From Tubulanus polymorphus (Eukaryota > Animalia > Nemertea), in assembly GCF_964204645.1 (NCBI RefSeq), contig NC_134027.1, positions 4,558,485 through 4,622,484 of the forward strand: a stretch of 64,000 bases of DNA, in the 5' to 3' direction. Under the pieces are notes generated by a model. It worked only from the letters and a program-made list of their open reading frames with translations, ran no database searches and was not told the origin of the DNA. Shown one piece after another: positions 34,995-48,757 of this stretch. The stretch's first letter is position 1. The number at the start of each line of letters is the position of its first letter. The position numbers were made by a program, and so were the translations under genes.

Positions 34995-36699
34995 TTTCAG
35001 GAATATCAACAAATCAATCTCTTGTGCATCTGATTGACCATTGACAATCAATACTAAAGAATACAATGAATGGGATGTACATAATCTTTTAATTGACAAA
35101 TTATTTCATGCGGTATATCTTGGGATTTCAAAGAGAACCGAGTTTCTTAAATGGGTTGTATCCAGTGAGATATGAGCATCTTTGTTTTTATTTTCAATGT
35201 TTCTGACTAGTTTGCGAAATTGTACAAAGAGATAATAAAAATGTTCTATGGATGTTGCAATAAATGATTCTCATTATTTTTTATTGGAGGACTTGCACTT
35301 GCTTTATAGGAGTAAAGACTTAAGCAAAAGGTTAACACTGTTGAGCAGTTTTTTAGTGCATTGCACCCATGAGCTCATGATGGGCATTAATTGTTCTGCA
35401 TCATTTCAAACCATAAACATGGACAGATTAACTCTGATTAATTCTTATATTTTCTACCAAAATCAGAAATATGACTTTATAGTCCTAATTAATTAAGAGA
35501 ATAGTTTCATTAAATAACGCATTTATGTCATTCGCCTTTCACAGTTAAAATTTCGAAGTCAGTTCTCAACCGTCTAGTGCTGCCGCTCTGTATAACGATA
35601 GCGGAAGAAACGTGAACTATCACATTACTCGCATGCCAAAGTCTTTGAGCGGCCGTCGTGGACAAAATATTTACCAATTTGCGGGCCGGGCGCCGAGAAA
35701 ATCTCAGACTCCTTAAACAGCACCGCAACTTCTCACCTGACAATTTTTCTATAAAAGAATTAGATTTGACTTTTACTTAACTTAGCTGAAGACATGAGTT
35801 TTCCGAAGAATGGAACAACAAATCACTGACTTCACTATCAGACTTTTATTACCAAGTTCCCAATTTATCAACACTATACAACTTCACAGATTATTAAGTA
35901 AACCAGTGAGTTTAAATCATATTAAAAGAAAATAAACAAGAATTATGCACCCATCCAAACAATGGAATATTTGTATTGTATCTTACTGGCATGTTAAATC
36001 GAATTAATTGTGTTAACATGCCTAATCAAGTAGTGCTGACTATATCATATGTCAACAGCATACCTTCATTACAGCGTAACATTTACTTAAAAGAGTTATG
36101 TTGACTAGTATAAACCATATCATGTATATCTATCTATCTACATATTTTCATTCTAGATTCGACCTGGTACATGTACAAGTAATATTGACAATGACAATGA
36201 ATGATAGGCAGAAAATATGGTAGCCAATAACAACCCTAACCCTAAGTCAGCTGACCAGTGTTCTTACCCATTAAAACTGATGTTGACAGATACTGAGCAA
36301 CATCACCAGTAAAGACATACCTTTGTATATAACTCTGAACGTACATATTGAATGTAGTTAATAAACTTTATTCTATTGGACATGTTTATCCGAGTTCACA
36401 GTGGATCCAATAGCAATATTCAATTCGTATAAGTCTAAACAAGAAAAGAATATTCTTCTCCTTGAGGAAGATGTTTGGAGATTTTTAACGTGATAAGCTA
36501 CCATGATGCTACACATTTTCAGTCGACAAATCACTCAGTGAAATCAAAAATAGTCTATTATTGCAGAAATCAGGTCAGTTTTACGACTAACTGGTATAAA
36601 TTGTGAAACCTTGACATACGTAAAACGAATAAAGTCCCAGGTTTTATCAGTTGTAGCCTATTAGCTTTAAACTACTTTGATCTCACTGAGATAATCTAG

Positions 36700-39600
36700 C
36701 TATTCCGTTTTGGTTTTGGCCTGTGCTAGTCGCGGGTGATCTACGAACTCCTGACCGTACATGAATATGATTGCCAATGGCACAACGCTTGCACTACCCC
36801 AGAATAGTATGTAGACGAACTGTTCAGATAGATTATCTGAAAGCAGAAAAGCATAATAATTACACAGTCAGAAGTAAGAAATTACTTATAAATCTTGGGC
36901 AATGTTATTTACACAATACTTACCAACAGGTAAAAGTACACTTAGAATGCATAAAGTGAATGCAACAAGAGAAATGGCCAAAAGCTGAATCAGAAAGGAA
37001 AATTCGTTGTGCTTATTACATACACAAAACAGAGTTCATCGACAGATAGATTTTGAACATCAGTAAAATTGAAGGAAAATATCGGTTATCATATGACTTA
37101 CAGCTAAAAGTAAAAATTTTCTATCCCTCCCTTGTCGGAATGGTGATGGTTTACTGATCCCGGATTGTTCTTCAACGATATAGTTTCCTAAGAATAAATC
37201 GATCGAATCCTGTAAAGAATGAATAAACATTGAACCATTTAATCGGATTGAATTTCAACAGTTGCAATCATCACAATGTAACCATACCTGTCTGAAGCCA
37301 TCTGTGAAATTATTCTTGAAATATCTGATCAGCGAGTTAGCACCATCACGAAGCAGTCCCAGTTTTGTTCTTTTACCAGTCCTAAAATTCATGCAGTGGA
37401 AAACGAACAATCTCGAGATGATCTGTCATAACTGAAGAGTTTTAAAAATGATAGTATGATGATCTATGTACCTGGTGAAATCAGTTTTTAATGCTCCAGT
37501 GCCGGCATACTGCACAGAACAAGCATCAGCATTATCAGCCCAAACTGGATAAGTGAAAAATGAAATTAACTTCCTGCACTAATCAGCTCTTGCCTAATCA
37601 TTTTTTTTGTTCAAACTCCACCGAGCAGTGACTTACCACTTTTAAACATTGTTTCAAAACTCCTTTGATCCTCAACTCTTTCCCCTGCGCTGAGAATTCC
37701 AAGTTTCTGCAAAGTTCAGAATATAAATATCAATATATAGGCACTGAAAGAGTAGTACAATTTAGTTATTTGGATAACTGATCTTACCTCAAGTTGCTCT
37801 TGTAAACTCCTACGTGCCAGCAGACTTTGTACGACATTTGTACGATCTAAACAATCCATACAGTTAGTTCGGAAAATGCCATCTTGTTGAGTGACGACGG
37901 AGCCATCGCGCCTTACCATGAAATAGCTACAATTGCAATTGTACATAATAAATGCATGCATAATAACCTAATAATAACAACAATAGAAATGGATGACAGG
38001 TTCCTGGACATAAGCGGTAAATTACAATTTGTCCAAGCACCTTGTGATGATGATGGTGATAAAAATGATATTGGATAAATTTCATCCACATTAGAAAGTA
38101 ATGTGAAGATTCTATATGAATATAGATAGAACAATTCATACCAAAACTGTTTCTGTTCATCAGCAAGTCGATCAATCAATATTGAAAGTCTATCCCAGCG
38201 CATTTTACGGCATTCGTGATGGAAGTCAAATGCCTCGTACCTTAAGTAAGATTAAATAAACCATGATACTATGTTTTACCGAATACTGAGTATGGATAGA
38301 GATTTATCAATTTCAACTTACCTGACATTGGTATTTTGAGAATTATTGACAACTTGAGCGAAAGTTGTTTCAAGCTGAGCTTCAGGCGGTTTCTGGTCGA
38401 TCTAAAATTCATTTCAATTCAATGAGATTGAAATATTTCATGAGCAATATAGTATAAGAATAGCGGCAATGTCTTAGATACGAACACAAATTCTTACTTA
38501 TCTTACCAAATTAATGCATATTTGTTTGCCATAATTATAAACCTGGCTCATAAAATGATTTTGAAAAGCGTCCATCTGAAATGAAAATAATAAAGCCAGA
38601 ATAAAGACGATGTTTAGGCACTTTCAAGCGATAATAAACATCCAACGATTAACATTTCAGTACTTACATGACTCAATGAATTATTAATCACAGGGACAGG
38701 CTTGTACTTAATGTTTGGTTTCTGAGACCAGAATAATGGAATGGACCCTCTTGTCTGTAATTGAGACAAACAATAATCGGCTTGATCATCATGTTACATG
38801 TTTTGATGTATTTTTCTTAATTGCATTTTTTCGAAAAAAGCCCTCAATTCTGACGTATTCATAGTCCAATTTTTCTTCGGACATATTTTGTCAGTCATAA
38901 GCTGTTAGACGCATGCAAGTTTATTGTATCTTAAATTCCCATTGACGATACCAGATTCTGCAACGTGCACCTACGAATAACAGATTACCTGAACAAATGA
39001 ACATTTATTTCCATCTATCACGATTATTTGTTCAGTCTCGACGTAGTTAGCGGAATTTCCCTCAATGTCGAGTCCTCTCATATAGAATCGAGTTCCAGCA
39101 CGGAAACACGACCGACGTGAAATCAGCACATACTCAAACGAAATTCCTTTAATTGTCGTCGATTTCATTTCAATAACTATAAGATATTTGTCAAAGAAAA
39201 CACAAGCTCTATTCTATTCACCGCATGTAGCTATATTCTTATGTGAAGGGGAAGAACCAGACGAGGTACCGGGTACCTCTATAGCAAACCAGACTACCTG
39301 ATATCTTTATATTTGTAGTAGTTTCACAAAAATAGTACGGTAGTTTAAGTGAAATTATTCTGATTTCGAGAGTATTCTGATATGTTTGGGAGTAGTTGAG
39401 TTTTTAAAGAGAGTAGAAACTACTCTCAAATAATAGACGTAGTCAGGTCAGTTAAGTTTATAGTATCATAAATAAAACTTCAAAGGATACAGCCATGTAA
39501 GATTGGTAAACAATATTTCTTCAGCTCTTGTTGTTGAGCAAATTCACGTAGAAGATGTGTATTCCAAACGAATCTTTGGTCCGCCTGAAAATTTTCAGTT

Positions 39601-41290
39601 CGAAAGTTCAATAAATTCATGATGGTGTTCCAATGAAATCTCAAAAGCTTAGTTCAACTCACGCGTTCATGAAGAGGTAACTGAAGAAATTCGGGACTAG
39701 TATTGTGTAACCGTTGTAAGGTATGAGTGATATCAAGCGATGTGGAATAGTAATACGAATCTGTCCGTAGTACATTGTCTACCATTGATACATACATTTC
39801 ATTATCTTGTTGCTGAAAACGTAATCCAGAAAATTAATTAAAACATTTCAACTTACTGTAATATGATTCACTGCAATATGAATAAATTGTGAACTAATGA
39901 GTCAATGAAATATGAGATCAGAGAATTTATTTGTCAACATACCTGAATCTCGTTGAGATGATGCACAGTCCGTTGATATGGCAATATTTCTGTTTGCTTT
40001 ATTTTCCATACCGTGTGTCCGTCTAATTCTCCGGTTTTCTCCCGTTTCGTAATGACGACCAAATACGGCCCTAGAAAACAACAAATCACATGTCTATTGA
40101 GTTATGCTTTTCGCCGATGAATCTTGAAACCTTTCTTATGGCTATTCTTTTTACCTGCCAAAAGTCGTATAACTCCAAATATTCCATAGACCGTCCTTGT
40201 CGTCGCAGATACTGGAATTTGTCCCTGGTTCGCTACAAAGATCATCGAAAAGTCATTATAGATTTTTTAGAAACTTTTTTATTTTGGATACACGTTGTAG
40301 TGAAAGGCTAATAAGGGTATGTATACCTTCAAGTTTTATTTCTTGACTGACACGATCAATAATGAGTAACTCATTATCATCACCATCAAGCGTCTCAAAG
40401 ATATAGGCATCTGGAGTTGAATGTCTAAAAAAAATAATTTTATAAATAGTTTTGTCGCCCTGCTTACCTATAACCACAAAGGGTTCAGTCTTGTACAGCC
40501 GTTTTTGCTTGAGGGGTAACCCATACTTTGTGAAGTCAAGACTGTCTGATGGGTTACCACAATATTCAAAATCCAAGATTTTATACCGTATACTAATACA
40601 TACAACTTTTCTAAAGTCTATTTACTTTTGTCAGGGATCAATTTTATGGGGATATTTCTTTTAGTACCTCAATCCCAATACGACCAGTGGCAGTGAAGTC
40701 TGAACATACCATTGTTTTTATATCCATTTTACACTGTTGTGTAAAGACCAAATTGATATATGTGTTCAACAGATTAAGAGAAATATTCTTAAAAATCAAT
40801 CCCAGACAAAAATGAATAGATTTTAGGAGTAAACCTTTGATTTTGGGCCCCGGCTATTTGTGACAAGCCAAGTCTGTGTGATTGAAATATCAATGTTTTA
40901 CTCAATACTGATTGAATTAGCAAAGCTAGGCCAGGGATATTCTTAAAAAATTCACATCAATCACCATAGCACACGTGTCATCATGAATTAATAAGTTCAC
41001 ACTGTGTCATGCCTATAGCATATCGATCACACAATTTGTATGCTTGCGTGGAAATACGATACGAAAAAACCCGGAAGTGATTTCCTTCCCCAGCAGAATT
41101 AGAATATCGAACCATAACATCCGAATACAGTGGATATAAAACTACCGTGATTGACATCCACAAATAGTTATTGTTGAGGGGAAGTCTAACTAGCAAAATA
41201 ATGTTTAGATACCGTTTACACTAGTCGAATAATGGAATAAATAAGTGAACGCAAGCGAACTTACAGACGAAATGTTTCGTGCACTGCCAT
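36700..41290 (-). CDS. SACM1L: Phosphatidylinositol-4-phosphate phosphatase SAC1, multi-exon
   Basis: Start MAVHETFRL|[10 protein letters not shown]; [34 protein letters not shown]; [15 protein letters not shown]; catalytic [16 protein letters not shown]; [21 protein letters not shown]; two C-terminal TM segments and a KTKTE* di-lysine motif. Confidence 0.97.
39177..39490 (-). other. U12-type (minor spliceosome) GT-AG intron in SAC1
   Basis: 5' splice site GTATCCTTTG after LHG; branch-like TTCTTTGAC ~13 nt before the AG. Confidence 0.8.
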
Positions 41291-42776
41291 CTTGGTAAGG
41301 AGTAAAACTCGGATCCAGATCTTGACTCATGGCTGGACCGAAATACGGATTAAACTCCGGACACGAAAACGGGCCTCTGACTGACAACCGGCGGGAAGTT
41401 GTTACAATCGATAATAAATGATGGATCCAGTAGCAATGACCAGTGTCACAATCCTAGTGAAAAAGAATATAGCAGATGTCACCTCAAAACCATCGGGATT
41501 TCGTTATCGTTTGCCCAAAAGTCCACCAGAAATTAAATCTTACGTTAGATTTTTAGACATGAGAACGGATTTATTTTGTGAATTCAAATAAGGCCACCTG
41601 CCATACATGACATGTCTTACAGAAAAGCACAACAATATGGATACGAAGGTCCATCTGAAAAGAACTCTCATTCTAATTTAAGCCCTCACTAATTTGTGCC
41701 AGCAACATATCACCACTCAAGTTCAGTCAAACTCATTAAGTAGATATCTGAAGAGTGACGGCACAGTGGTTGTCAATAGCCTTTACATTGCACCTGAAGT
41801 TAATGTCAATTAAATTTCTTCTTACATATTAGAACTAATTTCACTTATAACAATATAAAAATATCCTATGTGTATAGTACATTATATAAAACTTATATGA
41901 TACATACTCAATGTAAACAATTGCATTAGATTACAATTGTCAGAAAAATAAAGTTAAGTAGATTAACTAAGTCATTACATACTTACTAGAGACTTTGTAA
42001 CAAAACTTACTAAAACTAGGCTTTATAGCCTAAATAAACTTTCAATATAAAACTTCACAACAAATCATCATATGGAAACAGGGTAGTCTAATATACAACT
42101 CCTTAGTAAACATGTAAATCAACACAAAAATACTTAATCTAACAATCTATCATTAAGAAACGTGATACAACAATTTAATCAAATGACTACCAGTAATTGA
42201 TAGATAAAACAAAAATCTTCATTATCATAAATTCTAGAAAACAAATAAATATTCATTTACCAGAAGACATGAGTAAATTACTGAAGACAATTATCTTTGT
42301 CCAACTCAAATATCTTGATCCACAGTCCATTCAAAAACATTCAATCCGCCTGATACACTGTGATCACATGTATTAGTTTGGTAATGCGATAAACCCGTTG
42401 TGATGAATTCATAGAGGTATGAATAGAAAATTTCTAAAATTGGTACATTCAATCCTATAGTAAAATGAACTTGAAAAAACGCAATACCATAAATGCAACT
42501 GTTTGGACAAGCTTTGAGTAAATTACATACCGAATACATGGACAAATTGTACGGCTTCAAAAAGTTCACTTAAGATAGTTACATCCAGATTCTTCACTTA
42601 AAGATTTTAATCGACCAATCGAAATCGTAAAATTACTTTCTTAAAAGTACAATTGTAATGTTATTGTATGCGCCTTGTACTTGTAGTGGATAGTGGACCA
42701 GATCCTCCTTACATCTGTTGAGATCGCGGACCTAAATCCAAAGCTCTGTAATCTACCGAGGAACTGGCCCCTGAAT

Positions 42777-45700
42777 TCAACTATTTCTATCAATGAATGC
42801 AGTCTCTTTCACTTTAGTCTTGTGAATAACATTCGGAGAGTTATCATCATCAGTTTCACCTCGTAATGCAGATAAATCTAAAGGCGGGACATGGTTAACT
42901 TTACGCACTGTTCCCGGAGTTAAAGTCAACGCGCGTATGTTATGCGTAGTATAGCGTGAAGAGTCGGTATTAAATGATGTACCATCAAATGAAGCGCTAC
43001 GTCGTGCAGGTAATAATGCGTTGTGATGATGTCGGTATTTAGATGCTGTATTTTCCGCTATGAACAAGTTACAAGTTGATGATTGTACACTGCTTCGCTC
43101 ATACGATAAACTAGGGCTAACAGATTGCCCTGCGAATGTGTTTGCGTTACGGATTTCGGTCAAAGACTCCGATGAATCTGTATGATAATCAACTGCAGGT
43201 AATTGTCTTTCTTGTGGTAGAACATCTGCAGAAGGGACTGCTCCATTCATCTGTTTATATGATATCATTTCTGTAAAATGAAATGATATCTTAAACTACC
43301 ATAACAAATAAAATCTTGCTAAGCAGTTATTTGTATGAAAAAATATACATGCACTTCAGACCTGAAAAACTAATATCTATGGTGATGAGATGCATGCAGG
43401 TTTCTTTTAATAATACTGAGTCCATGCTATGATCACTAAGCCAGCCAGTGTTAGTGTTAGAAATGAATCTGTGCAATGATTACCTTATATTCATAACAAA
43501 CCCAGTGCAACAAAACAACAGCAAATTTAGTACATTTCTGCAGATGTGGAATCATCTATATATTCTGAAAGCAGTGATGATGACAATTTGAAGACAATGA
43601 GAAGTAAATTTCAGGATTTCTGATCCATATTTCTATAGCAGAGGTTTGAAGGAGAGTGCATAGAGACAGTGTACGGTGATAACATGAATATTATCAAAAG
43701 ACCGTACTCACAAAATATAATCATTTCTATAAATGTTTATAACCACACATATATCGATTTGCAAAATCAAATTTGAAATTCAAAGATAAATATTATGTTA
43801 GATATGTGTGTCTATGTTACATACATTAACAAATGGTAGGAGTAAATTATAAACAATACGTGTGATTGAGTATAGAATAGTGAAATAGATTAAGAGATTT
43901 GAAGTGTAACACTGAAACAGTACAGTTAACTGACAGATAAAATATGAACACAACAGCGTAGAGCTTCATTCCCAAGCAATATCCTAGAAGATTACCAAAG
44001 TTGAAGCTTAGTGGCGAAATAACCAATGTAAAAAATAAGAAACCAACGCCTTAAGGGTCCAGATATTCAATCATTCTCATATAACACTTGTATAGAACAT
44101 AATGATTGAGTCCTAGAAGATGTTATTTCCATTATTCATGTTAGTGCGAACAAAACATCAAGTCTTTTAGCAGCACTTACCAATTGAAGATATCTGAGAT
44201 TCTGGAATCGTGTTAGAGAGACTACGATTCTTTTTCTTCCCATTTAGATTCTCCGTTGGTAACTCAGTTGTGTGTAAAGGCGAAAATATTGATTTAGGCT
44301 GAAATACATCGAAAACATAAAAACTAAAGATATTTTTTGTGATACAACAACGCAAGCTGATGATAAAAACACAACAAATAGCCCGGGTTAGAGTCAAACC
44401 TGCTTAATCCGGGTTAGTTAAACCAGATTTTGATCTTGCCTGGGATATACTTTTAAACCAGACTTCCCAGAACCGGATTAATTTCATCGATGGCAATTTA
44501 TCCAAATTAAGCGGATTTGACTGTATTAGCGATTAAGAATTTTCTTCAACCACACATCATTGATCATAAGCAGTTGGAAGAGAATGACAAAAAATAAATG
44601 AACAAGGCACCACTTTACCTTCATTGGTGTTAACGGAGGTGTAAAAGAAACTGTTTTCATATTTTCAGCTTTATGAATTTGTTCTTCGACGAGTACACGT
44701 TCATATTCCTTATTGACAGCAGTTCCAAATATTCCTCCATTACTGCTGCAACAAAAAAACCTCCATTTCATACGTGATCAAATATTCATTAAACAACACG
44801 AATATCAATATAAGTTGCAACAGGAAAACGTTAATGCCTCGCTGCAGATGAAAATAGATTTTTGACATGCAGATATATGGACTGATATGAAAGTACTGGT
44901 ATGCGTTGTGTATGTTTTATCTAAGGACGTGTAATCAATTTAAGGGAGATATAAATGAACTACAGGCTCAATAAACGTGGACAGATCAAATTACCTATCA
45001 TGAGAGACTTTCTTGCTTAGTTCAATGGATTCATCTCGGTCTGCAGGAACAACCTTATTTTTCTGAAAATCAATAGTGACTGTCGTAAAGCTCAAGCATC
45101 ACATAGAATCAGTGTTAGTCGGGTGGTGACATATACCCAAACACAATACGAAAGCAATACAAAGCAACCGCGTTAACACAATGTACTACAATCAAATATT
45201 CAGGCTTAAATAATCTCTATCATTTAACAGGTGATCTTCTCTATACCCTGATAACAACTAAATAAAAAGATTCTAGCATCTTACTAACTAGAAAATCGAT
45301 TAATCATAAATGGATGTAAACATCTGACCGATAGGTTTAGCCGAGGAGATTTTAATCATATATGGTGTACCGGTAGCTACTAACTTAATCAATGTATAAA
45401 AGATAAATAACAAATGTTGATAAATCGTAAAATCACAGCATGTATACTGAAAAATATCAAGAGTTCAAGTTTGAAGCCAAAGTAAACGAGCGCAAGCGAA
45501 GACGAATATTTGTGAGTACAAGCTCCACTGCCAAAATAAAATGTGTAGAAAATTATTTTTGAGGCCAGCACCGTGGAAATATCGTAACCCATGCTGATAA
45601 TTTTAGATCTGAACAACATACCAGTTCCTTTACCTTTGCGCGTTTAGCAGGCGTCGAACAATCCTCAGTTTCAATTTCAATATCACGACCTCGTGCTCTC

Positions 45701-48700
45701 TCCTCAGCCATCTCTCTCTGCATTACTATATAGTCATAAGTCGACATGCCCTTTTTCACTATAAGTACAATTCAGACAGTTTTCTTCAATCATTTTTTAT
45801 GTTCTTTATAAGACCACGGACGTATATACTAGCTTATACAGCCGTGATGAGACATAGGAATAGTTACTTACTGAGGTACATGTGAAACACCAATAAATGC
45901 ATTAACAGCCCAATAGCAAACAGAGCTAACATACCAGTTCCACCAACAACACCTTGCCATACTAAATCAGCCACTGGTTGGTATATGACAAAAAATAATT
46001 CTGAAAAAACACACACAAAAAAATCTTTACGAAACAAAATACATAAAGCCTGATTGAGTTAATCATTCTGACATGAACAAATGATTATTGCCCATCTACT
46101 ACCCAGATTAATTTCTGCCTATTCATGCAAAAGGTGTATTAGATCGATTACACAATACAAGTTGATTAATCTACACAGTAATAATAAGAAGTCATACAAG
46201 AATCAAATATCTTTGATTATCATCAGACAGGTAATTCGAGGTTGTTCAGCGTCATATTTGATTTTCTGAATTAAACATTGCAGCATCATGAATACAGGAA
46301 ATTAATGTTGTACTGACTATGTCAACATTACGCACATACCGGTAACAGTTAACAGCAACATTCACTCTGCTTAAAAATCCTATGTTAGCTAATGATTTTT
46401 CATGGTAAATTGTCATTCGTCATTTGCAATTGTCAAACAAGAACATTGTAACTCAAACCAGTAATTGGCAGATATTGATTATAAGCCGCGGTTCTATTTG
46501 ATGTGTCTGCTGATAAATTTTGCCATAAAATGTGCGGCCAAAAATTGATACACAGTAGAGCGATAAGAGCTCAGATAAATGCAAATGAATCATGAAAACG
46601 ACTTCATCATAACTATAGAGATCATGTCTTAAGAGATACGCGCTCCACAAAAATATTCTTATACCAAGTGTTTCCAACATTAAACCTCTTGAGATCGATA
46701 TTGAAATACTAAGTAGGGTAGGCGAAGGAAAAGACTAAGGCCATCCCAAAATAATGGTCTGTTTGCCGTAACCCGACCGACCCGACTTCAAATGTACCGA
46801 GTGAAAACTTTTTTTTGAGATTCATTGAAGTGAATTTTATTTTTGATATTGTTTCCATATAAAAAAAGGTGATAAATTTGTTTTTTGCCCTAAAATTTTG
46901 CAAAAAAATATTACTACCTACCTACCGACTCATCCTGAAAACTTGAGTCAGTGTTACGGCAAACAGACAATTATTTTGGGATGGCCTAAACTCTTTTTTC
47001 AAAATTCTCTCTATGTGATCTAGAACAATGTCTAGAAATGTTTTGATCGGAGAAAACGTTACTGACTATTTTCCACAGGAACAGCAGTAGTTGAAGAAAT
47101 CACAGATGATGAAGCAGATATCACAGTTACACTCGACGCCGCTGTAGTTGTACTAGATATAGAGTCAAAATAATCTGCGAATGAACAAAATATCAATATT
47201 TAATCACTGTTTCAAAATTCGCTCATCACATAGATGTGGCCAATGCAAAAATGTTCAAAAATGAGAATTCTAGTTGATTCAAAAGCAAACAGTGATACAG
47301 CAACATCACAAAAATCAGTAATTTCCATGACGTTTTGTCAAGAAGACACATATTGATTCAATAAGAAGTATCAATACACAGTAAACATTATCAAGTCGTT
47401 GAAAAGAGAATAAATATTACCTTTATACTGCTGCAATAATAGACCATCGTTTCTGTCAGAATAATACGCTATAAACTGAATACCAGCTAATACTAATATA
47501 ACAAGGCACCCGATAATTGCCGAGACAAGCGTTAAAATAAATAACCTGAAAAAAGTACAAGTGTTTGGTACACCGATTCAAATGTAACAGTAATAATCAT
47601 TTTTCAGTCATTATTTTCGTAAAGTGCTGTTTTACCTGTAATTTCTACCCCCTACACAATTGTTGAGCCATTTACAATGATGATCAAAGTCAGCAATACA
47701 TTTATTACAAACGGAACAATGTTTACTACGTGGACCTCTGAAAAATTGCAAAATATATACTGTCAAAAAAATATAATAGCAGTTTATATATCTATTCATT
47801 CTTTCATATAGATATTCCAGCAACCTCGCATTGGCAAGTATTGTTTTGAGGATATTAGATTTGTAGTTCTTGTCCACCAAGCCACAAAGGCAAGATCTCT
47901 TCATAAACTCTGTTGAAATCTGTATTAGGTCCTATACTTATATAAATACAAAGTGAAAACTTACACATCAACTTCACATAAGTAACAGTGTTGATTTTCA
48001 ATGACGTGTTTATGTTTTGACCGGTCGAATGGTGGGATAGGTTTTTTGCCTTTACGTCTTACTGCATCATCTGCCGGATTAACAGATATAGAAGCCACAT
48101 GAACGCAGATGTGTATCACGAATAATATTCCTTGCAACTTTACATCAACGTTAAGGCTTTAAATAGACGTTGAAAGGTTTCAAATATGAAAAAAAAACCA
48201 AAATGTCATCTTTGTCGTAAAAAAATGGTTTACAGATACAAAATATGAAATACAAGGGACATCCTCTGTAACTTTCTTCATTCAATCAGAATTTCCTCAA
48301 TGGAGTTTTTTGCTCAGTGCCCTTTTTCATTTCAAAAATCCTTTCTGACTATTTTTCTTAGAACTATTGATTACTTAAAGACTTAATGGCCTATGGGTGA
48401 GTGCAAAAATAGTTCAAGAAATTCATCTTATACTCTAGGCTGACTGTTCTATAACCCTACAACTACCGGTATTAATAGAATTAGATCAATTCAATAAAAG
48501 CTAAAACCAAGCATTTTAGACGTTGCTTGAGTGGGGACTGATAAGTCAGACTGAAAGAGTCAACGACTATAATTAAAGGATACAACGTGTAAAGCAATCT
48601 GCCATCCATACGACGCAACCCCCGGAACAAGTGTTGTAAAATAAATTAATCCGAAAAATATGAAGAATATCCATCCGACAAACTGCAGCGGATGTGGCGG

Positions 48701-48757
48701 ACACGACCATCCATTTGTCCGACTTTGTTGTTGATATTCCAGTCCATTGTCAGTCAT
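42777..48757 (-). CDS. ZDHHC1: DHHC palmitoyltransferase, ZDHHC1/ZDHHC11 type, multi-exon
   Basis: [91 protein letters not shown]; low-complexity C-terminal exons (44181-44318, 42777-43270) are less certain. Confidence 0.9.
44391..44523. mobile_element. MITE (CAGT-terminus family)
   Basis: ta-GAGTCAAACCTGCTTAAT ... ATTAAGCGGATTTGACTG-ta. Confidence 0.65.
46739..46986. mobile_element. PIF/Harbinger-type (Tourist-like) MITE in a ZDHHC intron
   Basis: ~34-bp TIR GGCCATCCCAAAATAAT(g/t)GTCTGTTTGCCGTAAC with one mismatch, flanked on both sides by TAA. Confidence 0.85.
48138..48583 (-). other. U12-type GT-AG intron in the ZDHHC gene
   Basis: 5' splice site GTATCCTTT; branch point CCTTAAC (48150-48156) ~12 nt from the AG; no polypyrimidine tract. 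Confidence 0.9.

Noticed and set aside
36232-36246. AACCCTAACCCTAA telomere-like sequence
   Set aside because: Only about two units, within the probable SAC1 3' UTR; expected by chance.
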